Positions 50,700 to 64,000 of a stretch of 64,000 nucleotides of DNA are shown piece by piece. How positions within the stretch are numbered: the first letter of the stretch is position 1; each line of letters begins with the position of its first letter. The translations under genes were made by a program, and so were the position numbers. The notes under the pieces are model-generated. The model made no database searches and was not told the DNA's origin. It saw only the letters and a program-made list of their open reading frames with translations. Source of the stretch: Squalus acanthias (Eukaryota). The stretch is taken from positions 5,022,001 through 5,086,000 of the forward strand of contig JASTWF010000034.1 of NCBI GenBank assembly GCA_030390025.1, read 5' to 3'.

Positions 50700-53600
50700 C
50701 TGGTCTCTGATCTAACAGTGTGTTTGTGGGAGTCTGAAAGGGCTCCTTGTCTCTGATGTAACATTTTGTGCGTGGGATTCTGAATGGGCTCCTGGTGTCT
50801 ATTCTAACACTGTGTGCTTGGGAGTCTGAATGTGCTGCTGGTCACTTTTCTAACAGTGTGTGTGTGGGAGTCTGAATGAGCCCCTGGTCTCTGATTTAAC
50901 AATGTGTGTGTGGGAGTCTGATTGGGCTCCTGCTCTCTGATTTAACAGTATGTATGCGGGAGACTGAATGAGCTCCTGGCCTCTGATCTAACAGTGTGTG
51001 TGTGGTAGTCTGAATGTGCTCCTGGTCTCTGATCAAACAGTGTCTGTGTGGGAGTCTGAATGAGAACGTCCTCTCTTTTCTAACCGTGTGTGTGTGGGAG
51101 TCTGAATGGGCTCCTGTTCTCTGATCTAACATTGTGTGTGTGGGAACCTGAATGGGTCCTTGGTCTCTGATCTAACAGTGTGTGTGTAGGGGTCCGAATG
51201 GGCTACTGGTCTCTGATCTAACAGTGTGTGTGTAGAAGTCTAAATGGGCCCCTGGTGTCTGATCTAACAGTGTGTGTGGGGGATTCTGAATTGGCTCCTG
51301 GTCTCTGATCTAACATTTGTGTATGTGAATCAGAATGGGCTCCTAATCTCTGATCTAACAGTGTGTGTGTGGGAGACTGAATGAGCTCCTGGTCTCTGAT
51401 CCAACAGTGTCTGAGTGGGAGTCTGAATGAGATCGTCGTCTCTTTTCTAACCGTGTGTGTGTGGGAGTCTGAATGGGCTCCTGGTCTCTGATCTAACACT
51501 GTGTGTGTGTGAATCTCAATGGGCCCCTAGTCTCTGATCAAAGAGTGTGTGTGTGGGAGTCTGTATGAGCTCCTGGTCTCTGATCAAACAGTTCGTTTGA
51601 GGGAGTCCGATTTATCTCCTGGTCCCTGATTGAACACTGTGTGTGTGGGAGTCTGAATTGGCTCCTGGTCTCTGATCTATCAGTGTGTGTGTGGGAGTCT
51701 AAATGAGCTCCTCTTCTCTGATCTAACAGTATGTTTGTGGGAGTCTGATTGAGCTCCTGGTCTCTGATCGAGCACTGTGTGTGTGGGAGTCTGAATGAGC
51801 TCCTGCTTTCTGATCTAACAGTGGATGTGTGGGAGTCTGAATGGGCTCCTGGTCTCTGATTTAACAGTGTGTTAGTGGGAGTCTCATTGAGCTGCTGGTC
51901 TCTGAACTAACAGTGAGTTTGTGGGAGACTGATTGAACTCCTGGTCTCTGATCAAACACCGTGTGTGTGGGAGTCTGAATGAGCTCCTGGTCTCAGATCT
52001 AACAGTGTTTTTGCGGGAGTCTGAAAGGGCTCCTGTTCTCTGATGTAGCATTGTGTGTGTGGTTGTCTGAATGATGTCCTGGTCTCTGATCTAACAGTTT
52101 GTGTGTGGGAGTCGAAATCAGCTCCTCTTCTCTGATCTAACAGTGTGTTTGTGGGAGTCTGAATAGGCTCCTGGTCTCTGAATGAAGATTGTTTGTTTTG
52201 GAGTCTGAATGGGCACCATGTTTCTGATCAAACAGTTTGTGTGTGGATCTCTGAATGGGCTCCTAGTCTCTGATATTACACTGCGTGTTGGGATCTGAAT
52301 GACCTCCTGGTCTCTGATGTAACAATGTTTGTGTGGGAGTCTGAATGAGCTTCTGGTCTCTGATCTAACAGTTTGTGTGTGGGAGTCTGAATGAGCTCCT
52401 GCTCTCTGATCTAACAGTTTGTTTGTGGGAGTCTGAAAGGGCTCCTTGCCTCTGATGGAGCATTTTGTGTGTGGGATTCTGAATGGGCTATTGGTCTCTG
52501 ATCTAACATTGTGTGTGTGGGAGTTTGAATGTGCTCCTGGTCTCAGTTCTAACAGTGTGTTTGTGGGAGTCTGAATGGGCTCCTCGTCTCTGATCCATCT
52601 GTGTGTGTTTGGAAGTCTGAATGGGCTCGTGGTCTCATATCTAACAGTGTATGTGTTGGAGTCTGAATGAGCTCCTGGCCACTGAAATAACAGTGTGTGT
52701 GTAGGAGTCCGAATTGGATCCTGGTCTCTGATCTAACAGTGTGTGTGCTGGAGTCTGAATGGGCTCCTGGACTCTGATCTAACAGTGTGTGTTTGGGAGT
52801 CCGAATGGGCTACTGGTCACGGAAATAACAGTGTGTGTGTAGGAGTCCGAATGGGCTCCTGGTCTCTGATCTAACTGTGTGTGTGTGGGAGTCTGAATGG
52901 GCTCCTGGTCTCTGATCATTCAGTGTGTGTGTAGGTGTCAGAATAGGCTCCTGGTCTCTGATCTAACAGTGTGTTTGTGGGAGTCTGAAAGGGCTCCTTC
53001 TCTCTGATGTAACATTTTGTGCGTGGGATTCTGAATGGGCTCCTGGTGTCTATTCTAACACTGTGTGCTTGGGAGTCTGAATGTGCTGCTGGTCACTTTT
53101 CTAACAGTGTGTTTGTGGGAGTCTGAATGAGCCCCTGGTCTCTAATTTAACAATGTGTGTGTGGGAGTCTGATTGGGCTCCTGCTCTCTGATTTAACAGT
53201 ATGTATGCGGGAGACTGAATGAGCTCCTGGCCTCTGATCTAACAGTGTGTGTGTGGTAGTCTGAATGTTTTCCTGGTCTCTGATCAAACAGTGTCTGTGT
53301 GGGAGTCTGAATGAGAACGTCCTCTCTTTTCTAACCGTGTGTGTGTGGGAGTCTGAATGGGCTCCTGTTCTCTGATCTAACAGAGTGTGTGTGGGAACCT
53401 GAATGGGTCCTTGGTCTCTGATCTAACAGTGTGTGTGTAGGGGTCCGAATGGGCTACTGGTCTCTGATCTAACAGTGTGTGTGTAGAAGTCTAAATGGGC
53501 CCCTGGTGTCTGATCTAACAGTTTGTGTGGGGGATTCTGAATTGGCTCCTGGTCTCTGATCTAACATTTGTGTATGTGAATCAGAATGGGCTCCTAATCT

Positions 53601-54800
53601 CTGATCTAACAGTGTGTGTGTGGGAGACTGAATGAGCTCCTGGTCTCTGATCCAACAGTGTCTGAGTGGGAGTCTGAATGCGATCGTCGTCTCTTTTCTA
53701 ACCGTGTGTGTGTGGGAGTCTGAATGGGCTCCTGGTCTCTGATCTAACACTGTGTGTGTGTGAATCTCAATGGGCCCCTAGTCTCTGATCAAAGAGTGTG
53801 TGTGTGGGAGTCTGTATGAGCTCCTGGTCTCTGATCAAACAGTGCGTTTGAGGGAGTCCGATTTATCTCCTGGTCCCTGATTGAACACTGTGTGTGTGGG
53901 AGCCTGAATTGGCTCCTGGTCTCTGATCTATCACTGTGTGTGTGGGAGTCTAAATGAGCTCCTCTTCTCTGATCTAACAGTATGTTTGTGGGAGTATGAT
54001 TAGGCTCCTGGTCTCTGAATGAAGGTTGTTTGTTTTGGAGTCTGAATGGGCACCATGTTTCTGATCAAACAGTTTGTGTGTGGATCTCTGAATGGGCTCC
54101 TAGTCTCTGATATTACACTGCGTGTTGGGATCTGAATGACCTCCTGGTCTCTGATGTAACAATGTTTGTGTGGGAGTCTGAATGAGCTTCTGGTCTCTGA
54201 TCTAACAGTTTGTGTGTGGGAGTCTGAATGAGCTCCTGCTCTCTGATCTAACAGTTTGTTTGTGGGAGTCTGAAAGGGCTCCTTGCCTCTGATGGAGCAT
54301 TTTGTGTGTGGGATTCTGAATGGGCTATTGGTCTCTGATCTAACATTGTGTGTGTGGGAGTTTGAATGTGCTCCTGGTCTCAGTTCTAACAGTGTGTTTG
54401 TGGGAGTCTGAATGGGCTCCTCGTCTCTGATCCATCTGTGTGTGTTTGGAAGTCTGAATGGGCTACTGGGCTCATATCTAACAGTGTGTGTGTTGGAGTC
54501 TGAATGAGCTCCTGGCCACTGAAATAACAGTGTGTGTGTAGGAGTCCGAATTGGATCCTGGTCTCTGATCTAACAGTGTGTGTGCTGGAGTCTGAGTGGG
54601 CTCCTGGACTCTGATCTAACAGTGTGTGTTTGGGAGTCCGAATGGGCTACTGGTCACGGAAATAACAGTGTGTGTGTAGGAGTCCGAATGGGCTCCTGGT
54701 CTCTGATCTAACTGTGTGTGTGTGGGAGTCTGAATGGGCTCCTGGTCTCTGATCATTCAGTGTGTGTGTAGGTGTCAGAATAGGCTCCTGGTCTCTGATC
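50700..54800. repeat. Tandem duplication in array B at a 2251-bp offset; the second copy has an internal deletion
   Basis: ORF homologues lie at 51218 and 53469. Shared rare variants include GGGAACCTGAATGGGTCCTT, GATCGTCGTCTCTTTTC and CTGATGGAGCATTTT. Boundaries are approximate. Confidence 0.8.
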
Positions 54801-57800
54801 TAACAGTGTGTGTGTGGGAGTCTGAATGGGCTCCTGGTCTCTGATCTAACAGTGTGTGTGTAGGAGTCGGAATTGGCTCCTGGTCTCTGATCTAACAATG
54901 TGTGTGTGGGAGTCTGAATGGGCTCCTGGTCTCTGATCTAACATTGTGTGTGTGGGAGTCTGAATGGGCTCCTGGTCTCTGATCTTACAGTGTGTGTGTA
55001 GGAGTCCGAATGGGCTCCTTGTCCATGATCATACAGTGTGAGTGTTGGAGTCTGAATGGGCTCCTGGTCTCTGGTCTAACACATGGTGTTTGTCGGATTC
55101 TGAATGAGCTCCTGCTCTCTGATCTAACAGTGTGTGTGTCGGAGTCTAAATGAGCCCCTGTTCTCTGATCTAACAATGTATGTGTGAGAGTCTGAATGGA
55201 CTCCCGGTCTCTGATCATACAGTGTTAGTGTGGCAGTCTGAATGAGTTTTTGGTCTCTGATCTAACAGTGTGTTTGTGGGAGTCTGAATGGGCTCCTGGT
55301 CTCTGATCAAACAGTGTGTGTGTAGGAGTCTGAATGGGCTCCTGGTCTCTGATCTAACAGTGTGTGTGTGGGAATTGAATGGGCTCCTGGTCCCTGATTT
55401 AACAGTGTGTGTGTGGGAGTGTGAATGGGCTCCTGGTCTCTGATCTTTCAGTGTATGTGTGGAAATCTGAATGGCCCCTTGAGCTCTGATAAATCAATGG
55501 GTGTGTTGGATTCTGAATGGGCTCCTGGTATCTAATCTAACAGTGTTTGTGGGAGTCTGAATTAGCTGCTGGTCTCTGATCGAACAGTGTGTTTTTGTAA
55601 GTCTGAATGAGATGCTGGTCTCTGATCCAAGAGTATATGTGTGGTAGTCTTAAGGAGCTCCTGGTCTCTGATCTAACAGTGTGTGTGTGGGAGTCTGAAT
55701 GGGCTCCTGGTCTCTGTTCTTTCAGTGTGTGTGTGGGAGTCTGAATGGGCTCCTGCTCTCTGATAAAACAGTTTGTGTGGGAGTCTGAATGGTCTCCTGG
55801 TCTCTGATCTAACAGTGTGTGTGTAGGAGTCCGAATGGGCTCCTGGTCTCTGATCTAACAATGTGTGTGTGGGAGTCTGAATGGGCTCCTGGTCTCTGAT
55901 CTAACATTGTGTGTGTGGGAGTCTGAATGGGCTCCTGGTCTCTGATCTTACAGTGTGTGTGTAGGAGTCCGAATGGGCTCCTTGTCCATGATCATACAGT
56001 GTGAGTGTTGGAGTCTGAATGGGCTCCTGGTCTCTGGTCTAACACATGGTGTTTGTCGGATTCTGAATGAGCTCCTGCTCTCTGATCTAACAGTGTGTGT
56101 GTCGGAGTCTAAATGAGCACCTGTTCTCTTATTTAACAATGTATGTGTGAGAGTCTGAATGGGCTCCCGGTCTCTGATCATACAGTGTTTGTGTGGCAGT
56201 CTGAATGAGTTTTTGGTCTCTGATCATACAGTGTGTGTGTGGGAGTCTGAATGGGCTCCTGGTATCTGATCTAACAGTGTGTTTGTGGTAGTCTGAATGG
56301 GCTCCTGGTCTCTGTTCAAACAGTGTGTGTGTAGGAGTCTGAATGGGCTCCTGGTCTCTGATCTAACAGTGTGTGTGTGGGAATTGAATGGGCTCCTGGT
56401 TTCTGATCTAACAGTGTATGTGTAGGAGTCTGAATGGGCTCCTGGTCCCTGATTTAACAGTGTGTGTGTGGGAGTGTGAATGGGCTCCTGGTCTCTGATC
56501 TTTCAGTGTATGTGTGGAAATCTGAATGGCGCCTTGAGCTCTGATAAAACAATGGGTGTGTTGGATTCTGAATGGGTTCCTGGTATCTAATCTAACAGTG
56601 TTTGTGGGAGTCTGAATTAGCTGTAGGTCTCTGATCGAACAGTGTGTTTTTGGAAGTCTGAATGAGATGCTGGTCTCTGATCCAAGAGTATATGTGTGGT
56701 AGTCTTAAGGAGCTCCTGGTCTCTGATCTAACAGAGTGTGTGTGTGAATCTGCATGCGCTCCTGATCTCCGATCGAACAGAGTTTGTGAGGGAGTATGAT
56801 TGAGCTCCTGGTCTCTGATCTAACAGTGTGTATGTGTGGATCTCTGAATGGGCTCCTAGTCTCTGATCCATCAGTGTGTGTTTGGGAGTCTGAATGGGAC
56901 CCTGGTCTCTTATCTGACAGTGTATGTGTTGGAGTCTGAATGGGCTCATGGTCTCTGTTCTAACAGTGTGTGTGTGGGAGACTGAATGTGCTCCTGGTCT
57001 CTGATCTATCAGTGTGTGTGTTGGAGCCTTAATGGGTCCTTGGTCTCTGATCTAGCAGTTTGCGTGTAGGAGTCCGAATGGGCAATTTGTCTCTGATCTA
57101 ACAGTGTCTGTGTAGAAGTCTAAATGGGCCCCTGGTCTCTGATCTAACAGTGTGTGTGTAGAAGTCTAAATGGGCCCCTGGTCTCTGATCTGACAGTGTG
57201 TGTGGGGGAGTCTGAATTGGCTCCTGGTCTCTGATCTAACTTTGTTTGTGGGAATCAGAATGGGCTCCTTGTCTCTGATCTAACAGTGTGTGTGTGGGAG
57301 ACTGAATGAGCTCCTGGTCTCTGATCCAACAGTGTCTGAGTGGGAGTCTGAATGAGATCGTCATATCTTTTCTAACCGTGTGTGTGTGGGAGTCTGATTG
57401 GGCTCCTGGTCTCTGATCTAACACTGTGTGTGTATGAATCTCAATGGGCCCCTAGTCTCTGATCTAAGAGTGTGTGCGTGGGATTCTGTATGAGCTCCTG
57501 GTCTCTGATCAAACAGTGCGTTTGAGGGAGTCCGATTTAGCTCCTGGTCTCTGATTGAACACTGTGTGACTGGCAGTCTGAATTGGCTCCTGGTCTCTGA
57601 TCTATCACTGTGTGTGTGGGAGTCTAAATGAGCTCCTCTTATCTGATATAACAGTGTGTGTGTGGGAGTCTGAATAAGCCCCTGGTCTCTGATCTAACAC
57701 TGTGTATGTGGGAGTCTGAATGGTCTCCTGGTCTCTGATCTAAAAGTGTGTGTGTGGGAGTCTGAATGGGCTCCTGGTCTCTGATCTAACATTGTGTTTG

Positions 57801-60800
57801 TGGGAGTCTGAATGAGCTCCTGTTCTCTGATCTAACAGTGTGTGTGCGGGAGTCAGATGAACTCCTGGTCTCTTATCTAACAGTGTGTCTGTGGGTATCT
57901 GAATGGGCTTCTGCTCTCTGATCTAACAGTGTGTGTGAGTCCGAATGGGCTCCTGGTCTCGGATCTAACAGAGTGTGTGTGTGAGTCCGGATGAGCTCCT
58001 GGTCTCCGATCTAACAGTGTGAGTGTGGAAGTCAGAATGGGTCTCTGGTCTCTGATCTAACAGGATGTGTGGGAGTCTGAATTGGCTCCTGGTCTCTGAA
58101 TAACATTTGTGTGTGGGAATCAGAATGGACTCCTGGTCTCTGATCTAACAGTGTGTGTGTGGGAGTCTGAATGGGCTCCTGGTCTCTGATAAAACCGTTT
58201 GTGTGGGAGTATGAATGATCTCCTGATCTCTGATTTAACAGTGTGTGTGTGGGAGTCTGAATGGGCTCATGGTCTCTTATCTTACACTGTGTGTGTGGGG
58301 ATCTGAATTAGCTCCTGGTCTCTGATCTAACAGTGTGTTTGTGGGAGTCTGAATTAACTTCTGGTCTCTGATATAACAGTTTGTGTGTGGGAGTCTGAAA
58401 GGGATCCTGGTCTCTGATCTAATAGTGTGTCTGTGGATGTCTGAATTGGCTCCTGGTCTGTGATCTAACACTGTGTGTGTGGGAGTCTGAATCAGCTCCT
58501 GGTCTCTGATCTAACAGTGTGTTTGTGGGAGTCTGAAAGGGCTCCTTGTCTCTGATGTAAAAGTTTGTGCGTGGGAATCTGAATTGGCTCCTGCTGTCTC
58601 TTCTAACACTATGTGTGTGGGAGTCTGAATGAGCTCCTGGTCTCTGTTCTAACAGTGTGTTTGTGGGAGTCTGATTGGGTTCCTGGTCTCTGATCTAACA
58701 ATGTTTGTATGGGAGTTAGAATGTGCTCCTGGTCTGTGATCTAACAGTGGGTGTGCGAGAGTCTGTATGAGCTCCTGGTATCTGATCTAACAGTGCGTGT
58801 GGTTGAGTCTGAATAGGCCGCTGCTCTCTTATCTAACATTGTATGTGTTGGAGTCTAAATGGGCTTGAGGTCTCTGATACATCAGTGTATGTGTTGGAGT
58901 CTGAATGGGTCCCTGGTCTCTGATCTAACAGTGTGTGTGTGGGAGTCCGAATGGGCTACTGGTCACGGAAATAACAGTGTGTGTGTAGGAGTCCGAATGG
59001 GCTCCTGGTCTCTGATCTAACTGTGTGTGTGTGGGAGTCTGAATGGGCTCCTGGTCTCTGATCATTCAGTGTGTGTGTAGGTGTCAGAATAGGCTCCTGG
59101 TCTCTGATCTAACAGTGTGTGTGTGGGAGTCTGAATGGTCACCTGGTCGCTGATCTAACAGTGTGTGTGTAGGAGTCCGAATGGGCTCCTGGTCTCTGAT
59201 CTAACAATGTGTGTGTGGGAGTCTGAATGGGCTCCTGGTCTCTGATCTAACATTGTGTGTGTGGGAGTCTGAATGGGCTCCTGGTCTCTGCTCTTACAAT
59301 GTGTGTGTAGGAGTCCGAATGGGCTCCTTGTCCATGATCATACAGTGTGAGTGTTGGAGTCTGAATGGGCTCCTGGTCTCTGGTCTAACACATGGTGTTT
59401 GTCGGTTTCTGAATGAGCTCCTGCTCTCTGATCTAACAGTGTGTGTGTCGGAGTCTAAATGAGCACCTGTTCTCTGATCTAACAATGTATGTGTGAGAGT
59501 CTGAATGGGCTCCCGGTCTCTGACCATACATTGTTTGTGTGGCAGTCTGAATGAGTTTTTGGTCTCTGATTTAACAGTGTGTTTGTGGTCGTCTGAATGG
59601 GCTCCTCGTCTCTGATCAAACAGTGTGTGTGTAGGAGTCTGAATGGGCTCCTGGTCTCTGATCAAACAGTGTGGGTGTAGGAGTCTGAATGGGCTCCTGG
59701 TCTCTGATCTAACAGTGAGTGTGTGGGAATTGAATGGGCTCCTGGTTTCTGATCTAACAGTGTATGTGTAGGAGTCTGAATGGGCTCCTGGTCCCTGATT
59801 TAACAGTGTGTGTGTGGGAGTGTGAATGGGCTCCTGGTCTCTGATCTTTCAGTGTATGTGTGGAAATCTGAATGGCCCCTTGAGCTCTGATAAAACAATG
59901 GGTGTGTTGGATTCTGAATGGGCTCCTGGTATCTAATCTAACAGTGTTTGTGGGAGTCTGAATTAGCTGTAGGTCTCTGATCGAACAGTGTGTTTTTGGA
60001 AGTCTGAATGAGATGCTGGTCTCTGATCCAAGAGTATATGTGTGGTAGTCTTAAGGAGCTCCTGGTCTCTGATCTAACAGAGTGTGTGTGTGAATCTGCA
60101 TGCGCTCCTGATCTCCGATCGAACAGAGTTCGTGAGGGAGTATGAATGAGCTCCTGGTCTCTGATCTAACTGTGTGTGTGTGTGGATCTCTGAATGGGCT
60201 CCTAGTCTCTGATCCATCAGTGTGTGTTTGGGAGTCTGAATGGGAACCTGGTCTCTTATCTGACAGTGTATGTGTTGGAGTCTGAATGGGCTCATGGTCT
60301 CTGTTCTAACAGTGTGTGTGTGGGAGACTGAATGTGCTCCTGGTCTCTGATCCAACAGTGTCTGTGTGGGAGTCTGAATGAGATCGTCCTCTCTTTTCTA
60401 ACCCTGTGTGTGTGGGAGTCTGAATGGGCTCCTGTTCTCTGATCTAACAGTGTGTGTGTTGGAGCCTTAATGGGTCCTTGGTCTCTGATCTAACAGTGTG
60501 TGTGTAGGAGTCCGAATGGGCTACTGGTCTCTGATCTAACAGTGCGTGTGTAGAAGTCTAAATGGGCCCCTGGTCTCTGATCTAACAGTGTGCGTGGGGG
60601 AGTCTGAATTGGCTCCTGGTCTCTGATCTAACTTTGTTTGTGGGAATCAGAATGGGCTCCTGGTCTCTGATCTAACAGTGTGTGTGTGGGAGACTGAATG
60701 AGCTCCTGGTCTCTGATCCAACAGTGTCTTAGTGGGAGTCTGAATGAGATCGTCATCTCTTTTCTAAACGTGTGTGTGTGGGGGTCTGATTGGGCTCCTG

Positions 60801-63800
60801 GTCTCTGATCTAACACTGTGTGTGTGTGAATCTCAATGGGCCCCTAGTCTCTGATCTAAGAGTGTGTGCGTGGGATTCTGTATGAGCTTCCGGTCTCTGA
60901 TCAAACAGTGCGTTTGAGGGAGTCCGATTTAGCTCCTGGTCTCTGATTGAACACTGTGTGACTGGGAGACTGAATTTGCTCCTGGTCTCTGATCTATCAC
61001 TGTGTGTGTGGGAGTCTAAATGAGCTCCTCTTCTCTGATATAACAGTGTGTGTGTGGGAGTCTGAATAAGCTCCTGGTCTCTGATCTAACACTGTGCATG
61101 TGGGAGTCTGAATGGTCTCCTGGTCTCTGATCTAAAAGTGTGTGTGTGGGAGTCTGAATGGGCTCCTGGTCTCTGATGTAACATTGTGTCTGTGGGTATC
61201 TGAATGGGCTTCTGCTCTCTGATCTAACAGTGTGTGTGTGTCCGAATGAGCTCCTGGTCTCTGATCTAACAGAGTGTGTGTGTGAGTCCGGATGAGTTCC
61301 TGGTCTCCGATCTAACAGTGTGTGTGTGGAAGTCAGAATGGGTCTCTGGTCTCTGATCTAACAGGATGTGTGGGAGTCTGAATTGGCTCCTGGTCTCTGA
61401 ATAACATTTGCGTGTGGGAATCAGAATGGACTCCTGGTCTCTGATCTAACAGTGTGTGTGTGGGAGTCTGAATGGGCTCCTGGTCTCTGTTCTTTCAGTG
61501 TGTGTGTGGGACTCTGAATGGGCTCCTGGTCTCTGATAAAACAGTTTATGTGGGAGTATGAATGATCTCCTGATCTCTGATTTAACAGTGTGTGTGTGGG
61601 AGTCTGAATGGGCTCCTGGTCTCTTATCTTACACTGTGTGTGTGGGGATCTGAATTAGCTCCTGGTCTCTGATCTAACAGTGTGTTTGTGGGAGTCTGAA
61701 TGAACTTGTGGTCTCTGATATAACAGTTTGTGTGTGGGAGTCTGAATGAGATCCTGGTCTCTGATTTAATAGTGTGTCTGTGGATGTCTGAATTGGCTCC
61801 TGGTCTGTAATCTAACACTGTGTGTGTGGTAGTCTGAATGAGCTCCTGGTCACTGATCTTTCAGTGTGTGTGTGGGAGTCTGAATGGCCCCCTGATCTCT
61901 GATAGAACAGTTGGTGTGTTGGAGTCTGAATTGGATCCTCGTCTCTAATCTAACAGTGTGTGTGGGAGTCTGAATTATTAACTGATCTCTGATCTAACAG
62001 TGTAATTGTGGGAATGTGAATGAGATGCTGGTCTCTGATCCATGAGTATATGTGTGTAAATCTGAATGGGCTCCTGGTCTCTGATCGAACAGAGTGTGTG
62101 TGGGAGTATGAATGAGCTCCTGTTCTCTGATCTAAAAGTGTGTGTGTGGGTCTCTGAATGAGCTACTGGTCTCTGATCTTACACTGTGTGTGTGGTGATC
62201 TGAATGAGCTCCTGGTGTCTGATCTAATAGTGTGTCTGTGGATGTCTGAATTGGCTCCTGGGCTGTGATCAAACACTGTGTGTGTGGGAGTCTGAATCAG
62301 CTCCTGGTCTCTGATCTAACAGTGTGTTTTTGGGAGTCTGAAAGGGCTCCTTGTCTCGGATGTAAAATTTTGTGCGTGGGAATCTGAATTGGCTCCTGGT
62401 GTCTATTCTAACACTGTGTGTGTGGGAGTCTGAATGAGTTCTTGGTCTCTGTTCTAACAGTGTGTTTGTGGGAGTCTGAATAGGCCGCTGCTCTCTTATC
62501 TAACATTGTATGTGTTGGAGTCTAAATGGGCTGCATGTCTCTGATTCATCAGAGTATGTGTTGGAGTCTGAATGGGTCCCTGTTCTCTGATCCAACAGTG
62601 TGTGTGTGGGAGTCTTAATTAGCTCCAGATCTCTGATCTAACAGTGTGTTTGTGGGAGAATGTATGAGCCCCTGGTCTCTGATTTAACAGTATTTGTGTG
62701 GGAGTCTGAATGGGTTCTTGGTCTCTGATCTAACATTGTGTTTGTGGGAGTCTGAATGAGCTCCTGGTCTCTGATCTAACAGTGTGTCTGTGGGTGTCTG
62801 AATGGGCTCCTGCTCTCTGATCTAACAGTGTGTGTGAGTCCGAATGGGGTCCTGGTCTCTAATCTAACAGAGTGTGTGTGTGTGTCCGGATGGGCTCCTG
62901 GTCTCTGATCTAACAGTGTGTGTGTGGGAGTCTGAATGGGCTCCTGGTCTCTGATCTAACACTGTGTGTGTGGGAATTTGAATGGGTCCCTGGTCTCTGA
63001 TCTAAGAGTTTGTGTGGGAGTATGAATGATCTCCTGGTCTCTGATTTAACACTGTGTGACTGGGAGTCTGAATGTGCTCCTGGTCTCTGATCTTTCAGTG
63101 TGTGTGGGAGTCTGAATGGCCCCCTGATCTCTGATAGAACAATTGGTGTGTTGGAGTCTGAATGGGATCCTCGTCTCTAATCTAACAGTGTGTGTGGGAG
63201 TCTGAATTATTAACTGATCTCTGATCTAACAGTGTATTTGTGGGAATGTGAATGAGATGCTGGTCTCTGATCCATGAGTATATGTGTGTAAATCTGAATG
63301 GGCTCCTGGTCTCTGATCGAACAGAGTGTGTGTGGGAGTATGAATGAGCTCCTGTTCTCTGATCTAAAAGTGTGTGTGTGGGTCTCTGAATGAGCTACTG
63401 GTCTCTGATCTTACACTGTGTGTGTGGGGATCTGAATGAGCTCCTGGTGTCTGATCTAATAGTGTGTCTGTGGATGTCTGAATTGGCTCCTGGTCTGTGA
63501 TCTAACACTGTGTGTGTGGGAGTCTGAATCAGCTCCTGGTCTCTGATCTAACAGTGTGTTTTGGGGAGTCTGAAAGGGCTCCTTGTCTCGGATGTAAAAT
63601 TTTGTGTGTGGGAATCTGAATTGGCTCCTGGTGTCTATTCTAACACTGTGTGTGTGGGAGTCTGAATGAGTTCTTGGTCTCTGTTCTAACAGTGTGTTTG
63701 TGGGAGTCTGAATGGGTTCCTGGTCTCTGATCTAACAATGTTTGTATGGGAGTTAGAATGTGCTCCTGGTCTGTGATCTAACAGTGTGTGCGCGAGAGTC

Positions 63801-64000
63801 TGACTGAGCTCCTGGTATCTGATCTAACAGTGTGTGTGTGGGAGTCTGAATAGGCCGCTGCTCTCTTATCTAACATTGTATGTGTTGGAGTCTAAATGGG
63901 CTGCATGTCTCTGATTCATCAGAGTATGTGTTGGAGTCTGAATGGGTCCCTGTTCTCTTATCCAACAGTGTGTGTGTGGGAGACTGAATTTGCTCCAGAT

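Larger units (their letters stand above)
23911..64000. repeat. Satellite array B, right of the LINE: tandem 46-bp monomer, about 870 copies, continuing past the right edge of the window
   Basis: Same consensus and orientation as 12114-21141. I saw no other non-satellite interruption. Confidence 0.98.

Noticed and set aside
13579..61818. His/Thr-rich minus-strand ORFs (HTHTVRSETRSPFRLP) vaguely resembling C2H2 zinc-finger linkers
   Set aside because: They are translations of (CA)n tracts. The 46-bp period shifts frame with every monomer, and there is no CxxC...HxxxH spacing or 84-bp period.
1..64000. CRISPR-like array of regularly spaced palindromic repeats next to an RT gene
   Set aside because: The monomers abut with no unique spacers, no cas genes are present, and the RT is a eukaryotic CR1 LINE, not a retron, DGR or RT-Cas1.
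12114..64000. Hammerhead ribozyme satellite (CTGAATGAG resembles the CUGANGA core)
   Set aside because: The motif has an extra base, there is no conserved downstream GAAA, and I could not build the three-stem junction. An Infernal/Rfam scan would settle it.
1..64000. G-quadruplex or telomeric repeat arrays on the G-rich + strand
   Set aside because: There are no (TTAGGG)n tracts, and each monomer has only two G3+ runs separated by long loops, so canonical G4 motifs are not met.

Overview
This is eukaryotic heterochromatin-type DNA with no host genes. It consists of two directly abutting tandem satellite arrays and one retrotransposon. Array A (1-~12115) is a GC/CpG-rich 42-bp satellite, consensus TTGACCAGTCCCCGGGGTGTGTCCGATCATGGACTCGGGCGT, with a ~3158-bp higher-order period. 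Array B (~12114-64000) is a 46-bp GT-rich satellite, consensus GGGAGTCTGAATGGGCTCCTGGTCTCTGATCTAACAGTGTGTGTGT, with nested higher-order duplications of about 0.14, 1.2, 1.4, 2.3 and 16.9 kb. A single 5'-truncated CR1-clade LINE (21142-23910) interrupts array B. It has an uninterrupted ORF2 (partial APE endonuclease plus RT with FADD), a 3' UTR stem-loop, an octamer tail and a short apparent target duplication. Its 3' end resembles shark/ray CR1 (HER1-type) elements, so the host is probably a cartilaginous fish (inference). All other ORFs in the track are by-products of the repeats. I found no convincing new gene system. The most interesting signals are that the two satellites look homologous and are fused in register, that both carry a hairpin at the same position, and that satellite B loosely resembles the CR1 3' end. 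All alignments and counts were done by eye.
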